This document shows, one piece after another, positions 17,812 to 27,039 of a stretch of DNA of 64,000 nt. The position numbers were made by a program, and so were the translations under genes. Within the stretch, counting starts at the first letter, position 1. Each line of letters begins with the position of its first letter. The DNA is taken from contig JADFYJ010000012.1 in the NCBI GenBank assembly GCA_015233115.1, forward strand, positions 15,557-79,556, in the 5' to 3' direction. This stretch comes from Candidatus Omnitrophota bacterium. GTDB taxonomy: Bacteria > Omnitrophota > Gorgyraeia > Zapsychrales > Zapsychraceae. The notes under the pieces are model-generated. The model was not told the origin of the DNA. It worked only from the letters and a program-made list of their open reading frames with translations, and ran no database searches.

Positions 17812-18132
17812 TTAACTAACTCTACTTCCTAATGCCACCGGGCGTTCGATTGTTAATACGGATAATTGTTCCGTGTCTTTTACGGCTAAAAGCATGCCCT
17901 GCGATTCTTCTCCGCGTAATAGGGCAGGTTGTAAATTTTTAACCACCACCACTTTTTTGCCCACCAATTCTTCTTTAGTATAGAACTTACGGATCCCCGC
18001 CACAATCTGCCGTTTTTCTTCGCCTAAATCGACGAGCAATACATAAAGCCGGTCCGCGTTCGGGTGATCCTTGACTTCCAACACCTGCCCGAGAGCCAGC
18101 TCAACTTTCGCGAAATCTTCAATAGTAATCAT
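17812..18132 (-). CDS. tRNA-binding domain protein (CsaA/Trbp111-like, EMAP fold)
   Basis: MITIEDFAKVELALGQVLEVKDHPNADRLYVLLVDLGEEKRQIVAGI... Start set at ATG 18132 (SD AAAGGAAC). The track start 18258 extends into the ATGTAGT repeat array. Confidence 0.65.
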   Translation of the reverse strand: MITIEDFAKVELALGQVLEVKDHPNADRLYVLLVDLGEEKRQIVAGIRKFYTKEELVGKKVVVVKNLQPALLRGEESQGMLLAVKDTEQLSVLTIERPVALGSRVS

Positions 18133-18144
18133 ATTGTTCCTTTT

Positions 18145-18407
18145 GTAACGTATGTAGCATGTAGTATGTGGTATGTAGTAAAAAAATAAAATCCAAAAAC
18201 GAAAACAGCAAAAACAATACAGCTTAAAGATTTTTAAAAGATGAAATGTAGCACGCAAAAACTAAAATGTAAAATAAAAATTTTTATCTAAAAATATCAA
18301 AAAATATATTTAATTTTTTTAAAACAGGAAGCCCCGTAAATTACCGCTACGCCTTTTAAACCAATCAATTTTTTTACCACATACCACCTGCCACATACGA
18401 CATACTA
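18145..18407. repeat. Inverted arrays of an 8-nt periodic repeat (ATGTAGYA family) bracketing a ~195-nt AT-rich core.
   Basis: Left arm ttgtaacgtatgtagcatgtagtatgtggtatgtagta. Right arm ccacataccacctgccacatacgacatacta is its imperfect reverse complement. Confidence 0.65.
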
Positions 18408-18617
18408 TTTTTATTTTAGCCCCTTGGAGCGTGCGGATCGTTCAAAGGGTGCCGTCGAGAATCTAAGAAAGGATCAACTATTTTCATCTTCAAATGAATA
18501 AAAAATTTCAGAACATGAAAAAGCACGATCGCGGCAAGGGCCAATAATGTGACCGCGACACTGGCGAGACTTAATAAAATTTTGATTAGAGTGGTCATTT
18601 GTTTTTTTCCAATATTA

Positions 18618-20204
18618 TTAAAATATTGTAAAATCACTTTTATAAAATAATTGATGACGTAAATACCTCACCAAAGCCAAATCCGGAACAAACTTATACA
18701 TTTTATATTTTAAACGCTGACGATAATAATAACTCACTGGCCGGGCTACGGCTTGAGCTACGCCGCGCAATACCGGATTTTTTAAACTTCCCATGACATT
18801 ATGCAACGCATTCGACAAAATACTCATATAAGAAATATTTCCCAAATGCACCCGCTCTTTTTTGTTAAACCACGGACTGCGCAAACCTTTTAAATCATAA
18901 TCATCAAATATCCAGTCCGCCCATTCCTCGAGAGTTTGAGGCGGCTTCAGCCCATGTTTGACGGAAAGTTCAAAATCCGGCGTGCCAGGTAAAGGCGTAA
19001 AACAGGCCATGGTTTCAAACTGCGCCTCTGGATTCGCCTTTCTGATTTGATACGTTAAATCAATCGTCATGTTAATATCATCAAACGTTTCCGTAGGATA
19101 TCCAATCAATAACCCGAAACAGGGCGTGATGCCGTGCTTCATGCACCGCTCATTGGCTTCGCGTGTCTGCTCGACTCTGATCCCTTTATTCATCAGATCC
19201 AAAATCCGTTGGGATCCAGATTCCGCGCCGAATTTTAAAGTATGCGCTCCAGCCCGCTTTAATATATCAATGTCATAATCCGACGCTTTGGAAAACACAT
19301 CCACCCGCGTTCCCGACGTGTAAAAACTGATGTTGAGCTTTTCTTTCACGATGCCTTCACAGATCGCGGTCGCCCGCGCCCGGTCAATATAAAATTCATC
19401 GTCGCGCAGCCAAATGCCGTTGAGCTTAAACCGCCGGACATTTTCAACAATCAACTGCAAACTTTTTTCAATCGACATAGCGCGCCACTTACGGCCGCGG
19501 ATGGAAGCACTGCTACAAAACCCGCAGTTAAACGGACAACCCCGGCTGGTCTGGCCAATATCCAGTGCGCGGGAACTGCCGTGCAAATACATATCGCGGT
19601 GAATATAACGTTCTACATCGATCAACTCCCACGGCGTCGGCAATAATTGTTCCACATCCAACAACGGACGATATTCATTTTTTATAATAGCTGAGCCGTC
19701 TTTGTATGCCAGGCCAAGAACACCTTTTAAACTTTGCTTGTGTTCCAATTTTTGAACCAGCTCTAAGAGCGTGGCTTCCCCTTCACCCATAATGACCACA
19801 TCGACTAATTCATGCTGTAAAGTCTGCTCCGGCGCCACAGACGGATGACAGCCGCCCCAGACAATCGGCACTTTTCCGCCGGTTAAATTCCGGGCCATTT
19901 GCGCCAAATGCAGAGCATACCGGATTTGCGTCCCGGTCATGGTCGATATTCCAATACAAAGCAAATCCGTAGAAATATACGGCTTAAGATTTTCTTCCGT
20001 GATCATGTGAGCGCGCTGGTCAAGGATCGCGACTTTGTACCCGTGCTTTAATAATGGCGCGGCATTCGCCAAAAGCGCGTGCGGCGGAGCAATGGTGGAT
20101 CCAAAATCCATTCCTGTTTTCGGATACAACAAAAGGACATGCGGTTTTTGTTCTATATTCTGCATAATAAAATAAATACTGACAAAAAAAATAGTGCCTG
20201 TCAC
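18618..20204 (-). CDS. B12-binding radical SAM enzyme
   Basis: 528 aa. N-terminal cobalamin-binding Rossmann region ([12 protein letters not shown]...) and a radical-SAM CxxxCxxC motif ([12 protein letters not shown]). Exact start is uncertain: GTG and ATG candidates lie at 20165-20205. I could not reconcile the track start with the printed bases to within 1 nt. Confidence 0.75.
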   Translation of the reverse strand: MTGTIFFVSIYFIMQNIEQKPHVLLLYPKTGMDFGSTIAPPHALLANAAPLLKHGYKVAILDQRAHMITEENLKPYISTDLLCIGISTMTGTQIRYALHLAQMARNLTGGKVPIVWGGCHPSVAPEQTLQHELVDVVIMGEGEATLLELVQKLEHKQSLKGVLGLAYKDGSAIIKNEYRPLLDVEQLLPTPWELIDVERYIHRDMYLHGSSRALDIGQTSRGCPFNCGFCSSASIRGRKWRAMSIEKSLQLIVENVRRFKLNGIWLRDDEFYIDRARATAICEGIVKEKLNISFYTSGTRVDVFSKASDYDIDILKRAGAHTLKFGAESGSQRILDLMNKGIRVEQTREANERCMKHGITPCFGLLIGYPTETFDDINMTIDLTYQIRKANPEAQFETMACFTPLPGTPDFELSVKHGLKPPQTLEEWADWIFDDYDLKGLRSPWFNKKERVHLGNISYMSILSNALHNVMGSLKNPVLRGVAQAVARPVSYYYRQRLKYKMYKFVPDLALVRYLRHQLFYKSDFTIF

Positions 20205-20220
20205 TATTTATTTGATATAA

Positions 20221-21879
20221 TTGCGCATGTCTTTAAAATCAAAAATTACTTTTTCCCAATTTATCGAGAAGCATCTCAACATTATTTTTGTCATCCTCAC
20301 GCTTTTGACAGGGTTTTTCATTGTTTTACCATTTGCCAATTTTCAGGCTTATCTGGCTCAAGGAGATCATGGCCGCGACCTTTATGGTTACTGGATCGTT
20401 TATCAGGGCGGACTGCCTTACCGCGACTTCACCCATTTGTTCGGGCCGCTCATGCCGGAATATTACGCGCTCATGTTTAAATTGTTCGGAGTCAAAATTC
20501 AAAGTGTTTTACTCGGGCAGAATATTCTCATCGTATTAAACGGTTTTCTGGTTTATCAAATTTGCCGACAATTTGGAACTAATTTTTTCGCGTATACGTT
20601 TAGCTTGATGTATTGGGGATTCAGGGATATTGAATTTTTTTATACTTATAATCATACCGGCGGGTTAACGGCCATACTTCTCTTAGTATATGCTTTAATT
20701 CGGTACTTAAATTCTTACGAAATCCGCTATTTATACGTTGGATTTTTCAGCAGCACGCTTCTCATGTTAATTCGATTAAACATGGGCATCGCGTTTTGGT
20801 TTGGTTTTGGATTCTGCGTTTTATTGATTCATGGGATCAACCAAAAACCCATCACCCGAACCGTGATAAAACATTTATTGCGAAGCGCGATTATTTTCGT
20901 TATTCCGGTTATTTTCATTTACTGGCAATTGCTTCACGACTTACCGGATTATGTCCTCAGGCAAAGCTTTCCCTGGGGCAGTAATCAAAGGTCTGACGCC
21001 ACCTCTTCTCCCCTGCAAGCATTATTCCTTTTGAGACAATGGCTTTTGTTTTTCTTTACACAGTCCAAACTTTATATATTTGAAGGTTGGTTAATTATTT
21101 TGGGATTACTGTATACTGCCCAGCTCACTCTTACCAAAAAATTTAATAATCCTGAAGGCCGTAAACTGTTAACCCAGTTGGTTATTTTAGCTGCGTTAAT
21201 CACTATTGGTCTCCATGAATATCTCACGAGCGGAGTGCATTATCGCGTTGAGTGGGTGGGGCCCATCTGTTATGTTTTTTTAGCCTCTTTGTTAGCCAGC
21301 ATACTCCAAAAAGGGCACAAGATATTTAATCTAAAAATTATTCAAACCTTTATCCTTTTTGGAATCATCCTGTTTTCCTATTTAAAATTTTCAGGATATT
21401 ACGAAGTCATTACTAAGTCCAAAACTCCGGGACAATATTTAAATTGGAACGGAACTAAAATTTTTACGACTCAAGACCCTTCCTGGTTCAATACGGTATA
21501 TTCCACGTTAAATTTTATTGACCGCAACATTCCCGCGAATGAACCGATATTATGCGCACCGTATGACGCTCTTTATTTGTTTTTAACCCAGCACAAAAGC
21601 CCGTCACGCGAAGTCATGATATTTAAACATTTCCGCATATCGCCAGAACAAGATCAGGCCATAGCCGACAACCTGGAAAAAAAACATGTGAACTGGGTTA
21701 TTCTATCTAACCGTGCCATTTCCTCTGACCCTGGCTTAGGAATATTGGGAAAAGACTATTGCCCCAAACTGGAATCATATCTTGAGAAAAATTTTAAGAT
21801 TGCGGCTAAAATCGGGCCATGGAACGGGGAGGACAGCTGGGCATGGAATCATGGGACGAGGATATTGAAAAGAAAATGA
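20221..21879 (+). CDS. Polytopic membrane protein, GT-C-like (PMT/ArnT-type glycosyltransferase fold) candidate
   Basis: 552 aa, TTG start, at least 10 predicted TM helices, a first-loop motif QGDHGRDLYGYW...GGLPYRDF, and a C-terminal soluble domain. Confidence 0.35.
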   Translation: MRMSLKSKITFSQFIEKHLNIIFVILTLLTGFFIVLPFANFQAYLAQGDHGRDLYGYWIVYQGGLPYRDFTHLFGPLMPEYYALMFKLFGVKIQSVLLGQNILIVLNGFLVYQICRQFGTNFFAYTFSLMYWGFRDIEFFYTYNHTGGLTAILLLVYALIRYLNSYEIRYLYVGFFSSTLLMLIRLNMGIAFWFGFGFCVLLIHGINQKPITRTVIKHLLRSAIIFVIPVIFIYWQLLHDLPDYVLRQSFPWGSNQRSDATSSPLQALFLLRQWLLFFFTQSKLYIFEGWLIILGLLYTAQLTLTKKFNNPEGRKLLTQLVILAALITIGLHEYLTSGVHYRVEWVGPICYVFLASLLASILQKGHKIFNLKIIQTFILFGIILFSYLKFSGYYEVITKSKTPGQYLNWNGTKIFTTQDPSWFNTVYSTLNFIDRNIPANEPILCAPYDALYLFLTQHKSPSREVMIFKHFRISPEQDQAIADNLEKKHVNWVILSNRAISSDPGLGILGKDYCPKLESYLEKNFKIAAKIGPWNGEDSWAWNHGTRILKRK

Positions 21880-21951
21880 ATTGTTAAGCCTTGACCAAAT
21901 TAATATCAAATGATATCATTTGTTTACAAAAGATACCAAAGGGAGGATTTT

Positions 21952-22203
21952 ATGATAGCAGCAAATATGGTGGCTTTGGGCGCAAGAATACCTGCCGGAC
22001 TTAAAAATAATATTATGACCTATTGTGATCGCCATGGAATCAAACTTAGATTTTTTGTTGAACAAGCGCTCGAAGAGAAACTCCGGGAAGAACAGGAAAC
22101 ACAAGAAGACAATGCCGAAATTGATAAACGGCTTAAGAACGCCCACTATGCCGGAACCGAAGAACTAACAAAGTATATATCCTTACGAAAGAAACGGGCT
22201 TAA
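21952..22203 (+). CDS. Ribbon-helix-helix (CopG-like) antitoxin
   Basis: Start at ATG 21952 with a perfect SD AAGGGAGGA. Small helical protein whose stop overlaps the downstream RelE start (TAATG). Confidence 0.6.
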   Translation: MIAANMVALGARIPAGLKNNIMTYCDRHGIKLRFFVEQALEEKLREEQETQEDNAEIDKRLKNAHYAGTEELTKYISLRKKRA

Positions 22204-22460
22204 TGTATACCGTTTTAATTGAAAAACGCGTATTAAAAGATTTAGACCATTTCCCTTGCGCCGATGTCGAACGCATTCAAGGCATTATTATCGCTTTAAA
22301 AAACGAACCCCGGCCACAGGGCGTTCAAAAACTTCGCGGTTACGCGGCACGTTATCGTGTACGGCAAGGCAACTATCGAATTGTTTACGAGATTGATGAA
22401 AGAAACAAATCCGTGCGGGTTCTGTTAGCAGGACACCGCAAAGATATTTATCGTAAATAA
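22203..22460 (+). CDS. relE: RelE/ParE-family toxin (type II TA)
   Basis: 85 aa. RelE/StbE-like motifs (KLRGYAARYRVRQGNYRIVYEIDERNKSVRVLLAGHRKDIY). Start overlaps the antitoxin stop. Confidence 0.7.
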   Translation: MYTVLIEKRVLKDLDHFPCADVERIQGIIIALKNEPRPQGVQKLRGYAARYRVRQGNYRIVYEIDERNKSVRVLLAGHRKDIYRK

Positions 22461-22466
22461 AAAAAA

Positions 22467-25397
22467 TCAAAGACCCATAATCGGCAAAGGGCTTTGGATC
22501 GGGATGATCCGAAGAATTATTCCCTCAACGCCGGTAAAATTGCCTTTTTGAAATTCCGCGACCATAGCCGGGTCAACCGTCATTTGAACGCCTTTGCCTT
22601 CCTTGGAAATATCCAGACCCATATTCTTGGCGTTTAAATCAATACCCCCGTTCACCATCGCTTCATCGCCTTTCGCTGCCGCTTTATTCACAAACCGCAC
22701 AGACGATTCAGAGCTCCAAGTTTGGCCTGATTTTATTTTTACCAAATCCGCGTCAATGCCATGGAAATCCAAATACAACGCGCTCGGCGATGCGGGGATG
22801 CTTTGCCAGCTCATGGTATTTTCTAAACCAGCCATGCCAACTGGAATCCACAGCATACCGTTTTTCTCTTCCCGGCTAGGCTTAAATTGCATAATCTCAC
22901 CCGTTACATTATTTCTGAATTCCGCGACGACACCATCATTAACGTCAAAATCCAAATCTGTAAAAGGAATTTCAATCGATTCTTTTAAATCTTTTAAAGA
23001 AACCCAGTCATTAAAGTCCTGAGCCTGACCAATATTCTCAGCCGGCTGCAATAATGGTATTTTGTTTTTTGGATCGAGCTTCCAATATTTCTTCGCCTTA
23101 ACCCTGACTGACCAGTCATTGCGATCTGTCTTTGTTTTTTCATCTTTAGCGTCAAAAAATCCATGCAAGCCGCCGCTCCACGGAATAATTTGATCCTCTT
23201 CTACAACTGCGGGATTTAATTTTCCTTTGTTCTCAACTTCCCATTTATAATCATAACCGGATTCGGTCACCCAAAAAGTAAAAGTCACTTTGGCCTCACC
23301 AAAAACATCATTCTTTAAATCTTTATATTGCGGCAAAGTCGTGTCCACCGACATCTTGATAAAAGAACCCTTCGCGTCTTTGCCCTGTTCATCAATAGTC
23401 CAAAGCAAATTAACTTGCGAAAGGCCGTGCAAACCATGTTCAACTCCGTCGGAATCAGCCCAGGAACGGATTAAAGGATTACTTTTGAAATCCGCGGTCT
23501 TGGTTGTATGTAAAGTTTTAAATTGCGCAATTTTGTTAGGCAAACGGCCGGTCCAAAAAGCCATGAGCGGAATCCCCTTGCCCGGCACCAACCGTTCTTT
23601 GCCATTGATGATCAAAGATTCAATTTTTCCGTTTAAAGGATTTACAACAGAGGAATTCCCGGAATTTTGGTCCATAATCGTAATAGGTGTTTTTTGTATC
23701 CTAGCGGCGTCAGGCTGGTGAGATTGCGACACGTTATCAACTATCATGGCCATATCAATAATTTTTCCTTGTAAAAATTCAGCTAACTCATTATCACCTT
23801 TACCCGCATCGACCATTTCTAAAATAGTTTGTCGGATATTGGTCTCGCCCAATCTTTTCAAAATATTAAAAAAATCCTGATAATCAATTCTTTCAAAAAC
23901 TAATAAATTTCTCACTCTCCCGTTTATTTCCCGAGATGCCAAACCAAGAACGTGCGCCTCAGAACCATCACCCTTTATAATCTTACTTATTTCGTATCCA
24001 CGTATTTCTGAATGAGAAAAATCATCCCAAGGTAAACTAACTCCCTTTTGAGTTCTTTCGCCTTTATATTGACGCACGGCATTTCTTAAAAAAATTGTTT
24101 CAGTTTCTTGAAAAATGGCTTGGACTTCTTCGATCACGTTTGTATAAATAAATATATTTCCAACCATAAAACGATCATTATCTAATCCATGAATTAATCG
24201 ATTAGCATCATAAAAATTATAAAAATGTACAAATTTATGAAGTAATGTTTGTAAATTATTGTTATTAGCATAAAAGTTTTCCCAATAACGGTCATTCATA
24301 TCAAAAACATGTACTGGCGAATCCGCGCGGGAAGAATCCTTTTCCTTCACCAAAAAACTAATAAAATTCAACCATGCCATAAAATTATTTAAATCACTTT
24401 TTTTTCTATTTCTATTTCCATAAAATTTAGCTAATTTTTTATTTAAAGCATTTATCTTTAAATCCGTTAGCGTATTATATTTTTTTCCTTTATTGCTAGA
24501 ATCTCCAATGAGAGCGTTATCTATTATCGCTGCGCCAGGTAAGCCGTTGACCTTTGCCATATTTGTCTGGACCATAGCCATATCGCCAACCGCGGACATT
24601 GCTACTTTGTCTGACGGCGTTGCGATCTGCGCGCGGTCGAGAATTTTTGGGATGCCCATATCCGGAGCCAGCCCGCCGGAAAAATATTTGCGCGGGACGA
24701 TTTGCTGGCTGGATGCGTCGTATTCTTCCTTAATATAGTCAAACGTGCCTTTTTTAAATGACTGCAGATATTGATTATAAATTTTTTCTTTGACTGCCGG
24801 ATCATTGGACAAAACGCCGCTGGTCTTCCCTTTATTACTATAGACCTGATTTAACAACGCGTCTTTAAGCGCGAGCTTGTACCATGTAGCCAGGATCATG
24901 GAATAAAACATTTGACGCAATTGCGCGAAATGCTCACCCTGGTTCACTTCTTTTTCGATTTCGGGAATGATAATTTCTTTAATTATAGAAGTTAGAGGAT
25001 AGACGGGAGACGATAGATCAGAAGCGATTGATGCTGTTGTTTTGTTTTTTGTTGCTTGTCTATCTTCTATCTTCTCTTTTCTATTTTCTTGTGCCGCTAA
25101 ATAATCCTGCTCCAAAAGCACTTTCAAATGCGCGCCGACTACGTAGGCGGCATTATTTCTTTCCAGCACTTTGGCTTTGTCAGCGACGATCCAAACTTTG
25201 TTAAAAGTATCTGTGGGGATGTCAAAACCCCTCACCCTGCCCTCTCCCCGGAGGGGAGAGGAAGCGTAGATTTTACTATAAACGCGTTCCCAAAACTTCT
25301 TACCTAATTCTTTTTCTGGATACATGAGCGAGGCGGTTAATTGCTTGAAGATATAATCCTGCGCCAGCATGTCGCGGCCTAACTCAGTCTTGCCCAA
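22467..25397 (-). CDS. Large hypothetical protein (976 aa); probably the body of a secreted protein whose signal-peptide exon is ORF 25409..25783
   Basis: Long frame starting at TTG with no SD. No recognisable catalytic motif. The N-terminal part carries an in-frame GC-rich hairpin element at 25241-25261 encoding PLRGEGRVRG. Confidence 0.5.
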   Translation of the reverse strand: MGKTELGRDMLAQDYIFKQLTASLMYPEKELGKKFWERVYSKIYASSPLRGEGRVRGFDIPTDTFNKVWIVADKAKVLERNNAAYVVGAHLKVLLEQDYLAAQENRKEKIEDRQATKNKTTASIASDLSSPVYPLTSIIKEIIIPEIEKEVNQGEHFAQLRQMFYSMILATWYKLALKDALLNQVYSNKGKTSGVLSNDPAVKEKIYNQYLQSFKKGTFDYIKEEYDASSQQIVPRKYFSGGLAPDMGIPKILDRAQIATPSDKVAMSAVGDMAMVQTNMAKVNGLPGAAIIDNALIGDSSNKGKKYNTLTDLKINALNKKLAKFYGNRNRKKSDLNNFMAWLNFISFLVKEKDSSRADSPVHVFDMNDRYWENFYANNNNLQTLLHKFVHFYNFYDANRLIHGLDNDRFMVGNIFIYTNVIEEVQAIFQETETIFLRNAVRQYKGERTQKGVSLPWDDFSHSEIRGYEISKIIKGDGSEAHVLGLASREINGRVRNLLVFERIDYQDFFNILKRLGETNIRQTILEMVDAGKGDNELAEFLQGKIIDMAMIVDNVSQSHQPDAARIQKTPITIMDQNSGNSSVVNPLNGKIESLIINGKERLVPGKGIPLMAFWTGRLPNKIAQFKTLHTTKTADFKSNPLIRSWADSDGVEHGLHGLSQVNLLWTIDEQGKDAKGSFIKMSVDTTLPQYKDLKNDVFGEAKVTFTFWVTESGYDYKWEVENKGKLNPAVVEEDQIIPWSGGLHGFFDAKDEKTKTDRNDWSVRVKAKKYWKLDPKNKIPLLQPAENIGQAQDFNDWVSLKDLKESIEIPFTDLDFDVNDGVVAEFRNNVTGEIMQFKPSREEKNGMLWIPVGMAGLENTMSWQSIPASPSALYLDFHGIDADLVKIKSGQTWSSESSVRFVNKAAAKGDEAMVNGGIDLNAKNMGLDISKEGKGVQMTVDPAMVAEFQKGNFTGVEGIILRIIPIQSPLPIMGL

Positions 25398-25408
25398 ATC
25401 ATCGGTTA

Positions 25409-25783
25409 TTATACGATTTTTTTCATAAGGCGATAAATTGACCCATAGGTCTTCTTCTTTGATGGTGAGGGAAGCAAAAAATATTTGATAAGTTTTTGAG
25501 ATTCGGTTTTAAATGCGGGACTATTGACCTTTAGACCGGATTTTCCAGTGTCGATTATAAAATCAAAAAGCAGAGGATTATCAGGATGAACTTGCATGCC
25601 TTTCATCATAACCGGCATAAACGCGGGTGTGATTGTAATCATGGTGCCGGGAGCGGGTAAATTCAGCCCGTTGGCAAATATCTGGGCATTCGCAGGAGTA
25701 ACTGCTGAAACAATAAAACTGAAAATAATCCAGCAAGCTATCAATCGAAAAGTGAAGGTCTTTTTAAAAACACTTTTACGCAT
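25409..25783 (-). CDS. Signal-peptide-bearing N-terminal fragment (124 aa), likely once in-frame with 22467..25397
   Basis: MRKSVFKKTFTFRLIACWIIFSFIVSAVTPANAQ signal peptide. Stops at 25409. The downstream large ORF is open in the other frame across 25398-25508. Homopolymers T7 (25417-25423) and A6 (25476-25481) lie in the overlap. Confidence 0.4.
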   Translation of the reverse strand: MRKSVFKKTFTFRLIACWIIFSFIVSAVTPANAQIFANGLNLPAPGTMITITPAFMPVMMKGMQVHPDNPLLFDFIIDTGKSGLKVNSPAFKTESQKLIKYFLLPSPSKKKTYGSIYRLMKKIV

Positions 25784-25966
25784 AGTTTTTCCTTGTTGGG
25801 AGTAATATGCGGAAAGGATAACATATAAAATATAAAAATGCCAACCGAAGAGCCTAAAAATTTTATCCTAAAAATCGTTTTCTATAAGGTTAATTTACAC
25901 GGTAAGATAGCGCCATGAAAAAATTAAAAGCTAACTAAATAATATCAGTTCGATGCCCTGCGACGC

Positions 25967-26314
25967 TCATTTGTCATCTCCCCAAAACCACTCATCAATA
26001 TTTTTTTGCTTCCCATAGGATGATGCCCGCTGCCTAACTCTCCCTTGATGTTTCATCTGCTGGAGCGGACTGACCGGTACCTCTGGGATTAACGCGTTGA
26101 TATTTTCCATTAAATTTAAAGCGCGCATAATACGGATCAATTTTAATAACTGAATAGATTCCCCACTTTCAGCCCTTTGCACAGTCGCGATAGATACTCC
26201 CGCTTCCTGGGCTAATTCGGATTGTTTCATATTTTTATTAAGACGATACCTAGCCATCCGTTTCCCTATTTGGTTTAAAACAGCCGGGTCCGATGAAATG
26301 TTTATATGTTCCAT
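25967..26314 (-). CDS. XRE-family HTH transcriptional regulator
   Basis: HTH_3 signature MKQSELAQEAGVSIATVQRAESGESIQLLKLIRIMRAL. Confidence 0.65.
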   Translation of the reverse strand: MEHINISSDPAVLNQIGKRMARYRLNKNMKQSELAQEAGVSIATVQRAESGESIQLLKLIRIMRALNLMENINALIPEVPVSPLQQMKHQGRVRQRASSYGKQKNIDEWFWGDDK

Positions 26315-26414
26315 ATAATAACTCTTTTTTGATTTGTTATAGCATATTATACAGATAATATATCATTTTTGATGTTTTATGGTGAGTAATATTTGAAGAC
26401 ATGCGTGTAACGAT

Positions 26415-27026
26415 CTATATAACCCCTGCCGAAACAACGGCGATCCCAGCTTTTTGCATCTCGTCGATCGCGTACTTCACGTCACCGGCCGTTAAATCCA
26501 CACCTTTACACGCATCAACAATCAGTGAAGTTTTATATCCCAAATTGACCGCATCTAAAGCCGTAAATTTAACGCAATAATCTGTGGCCAATCCGACCAC
26601 AAAAACTTCTTCAACGCCCTGTTTTTTCAAATAATCATGAAGGCCCGTGTCTTTGATGTTGCCGTTATCAAAAAATCCGCTATAGCTGTCTATATTCGGA
26701 TCCAAGCCTTTTTGAAAAATACGTTGAATATTTTTACTGTCCAGATCTTGGCGCAATGCCGCGCCAGCTGATCCCTGCACACAATGGTCCGGCCATAACA
26801 CTTGAGTTAAACCGTTTAATGAAATAACCTCGCCGATATTTTTGCCTGGATGGTTGCTGGCGAAACTTTTATGATTCTTGGGGTGCCAGTCCTGGGTCGC
26901 AACTACGACGTCAAACCGCGGCAGTATTTTATTGATGATGGGGATGATTTTATCGCCATCTTTTACGGCTAAAGCACCTCCGGGGCAGAAATCGTTTTGG
27001 ACGTCGACAACAATTAATGCTTTCAT
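26415..27026 (-). CDS. pncA: Nicotinamidase / pyrazinamidase (isochorismatase family)
   Basis: MKALIVVDVQNDFCPGGALAV and the catalytic Cys region (...LIVDACKGVD...). Confidence 0.8.
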   Translation of the reverse strand: MKALIVVDVQNDFCPGGALAVKDGDKIIPIINKILPRFDVVVATQDWHPKNHKSFASNHPGKNIGEVISLNGLTQVLWPDHCVQGSAGAALRQDLDSKNIQRIFQKGLDPNIDSYSGFFDNGNIKDTGLHDYLKKQGVEEVFVVGLATDYCVKFTALDAVNLGYKTSLIVDACKGVDLTAGDVKYAIDEMQKAGIAVVSAGVI

Positions 27027-27039
27027 AGATTCCCCTTTA

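Noticed and set aside
18416-18637. 73-aa minus-strand ORF with one TM helix, overlapping the radical-SAM gene's 3' end
   Set aside because: It could be a real small membrane protein. However, it overlaps the rSAM stop by 20 nt in another frame, lies inside the ATGTAGYA bracket core, and has no SD. This is insufficient support.
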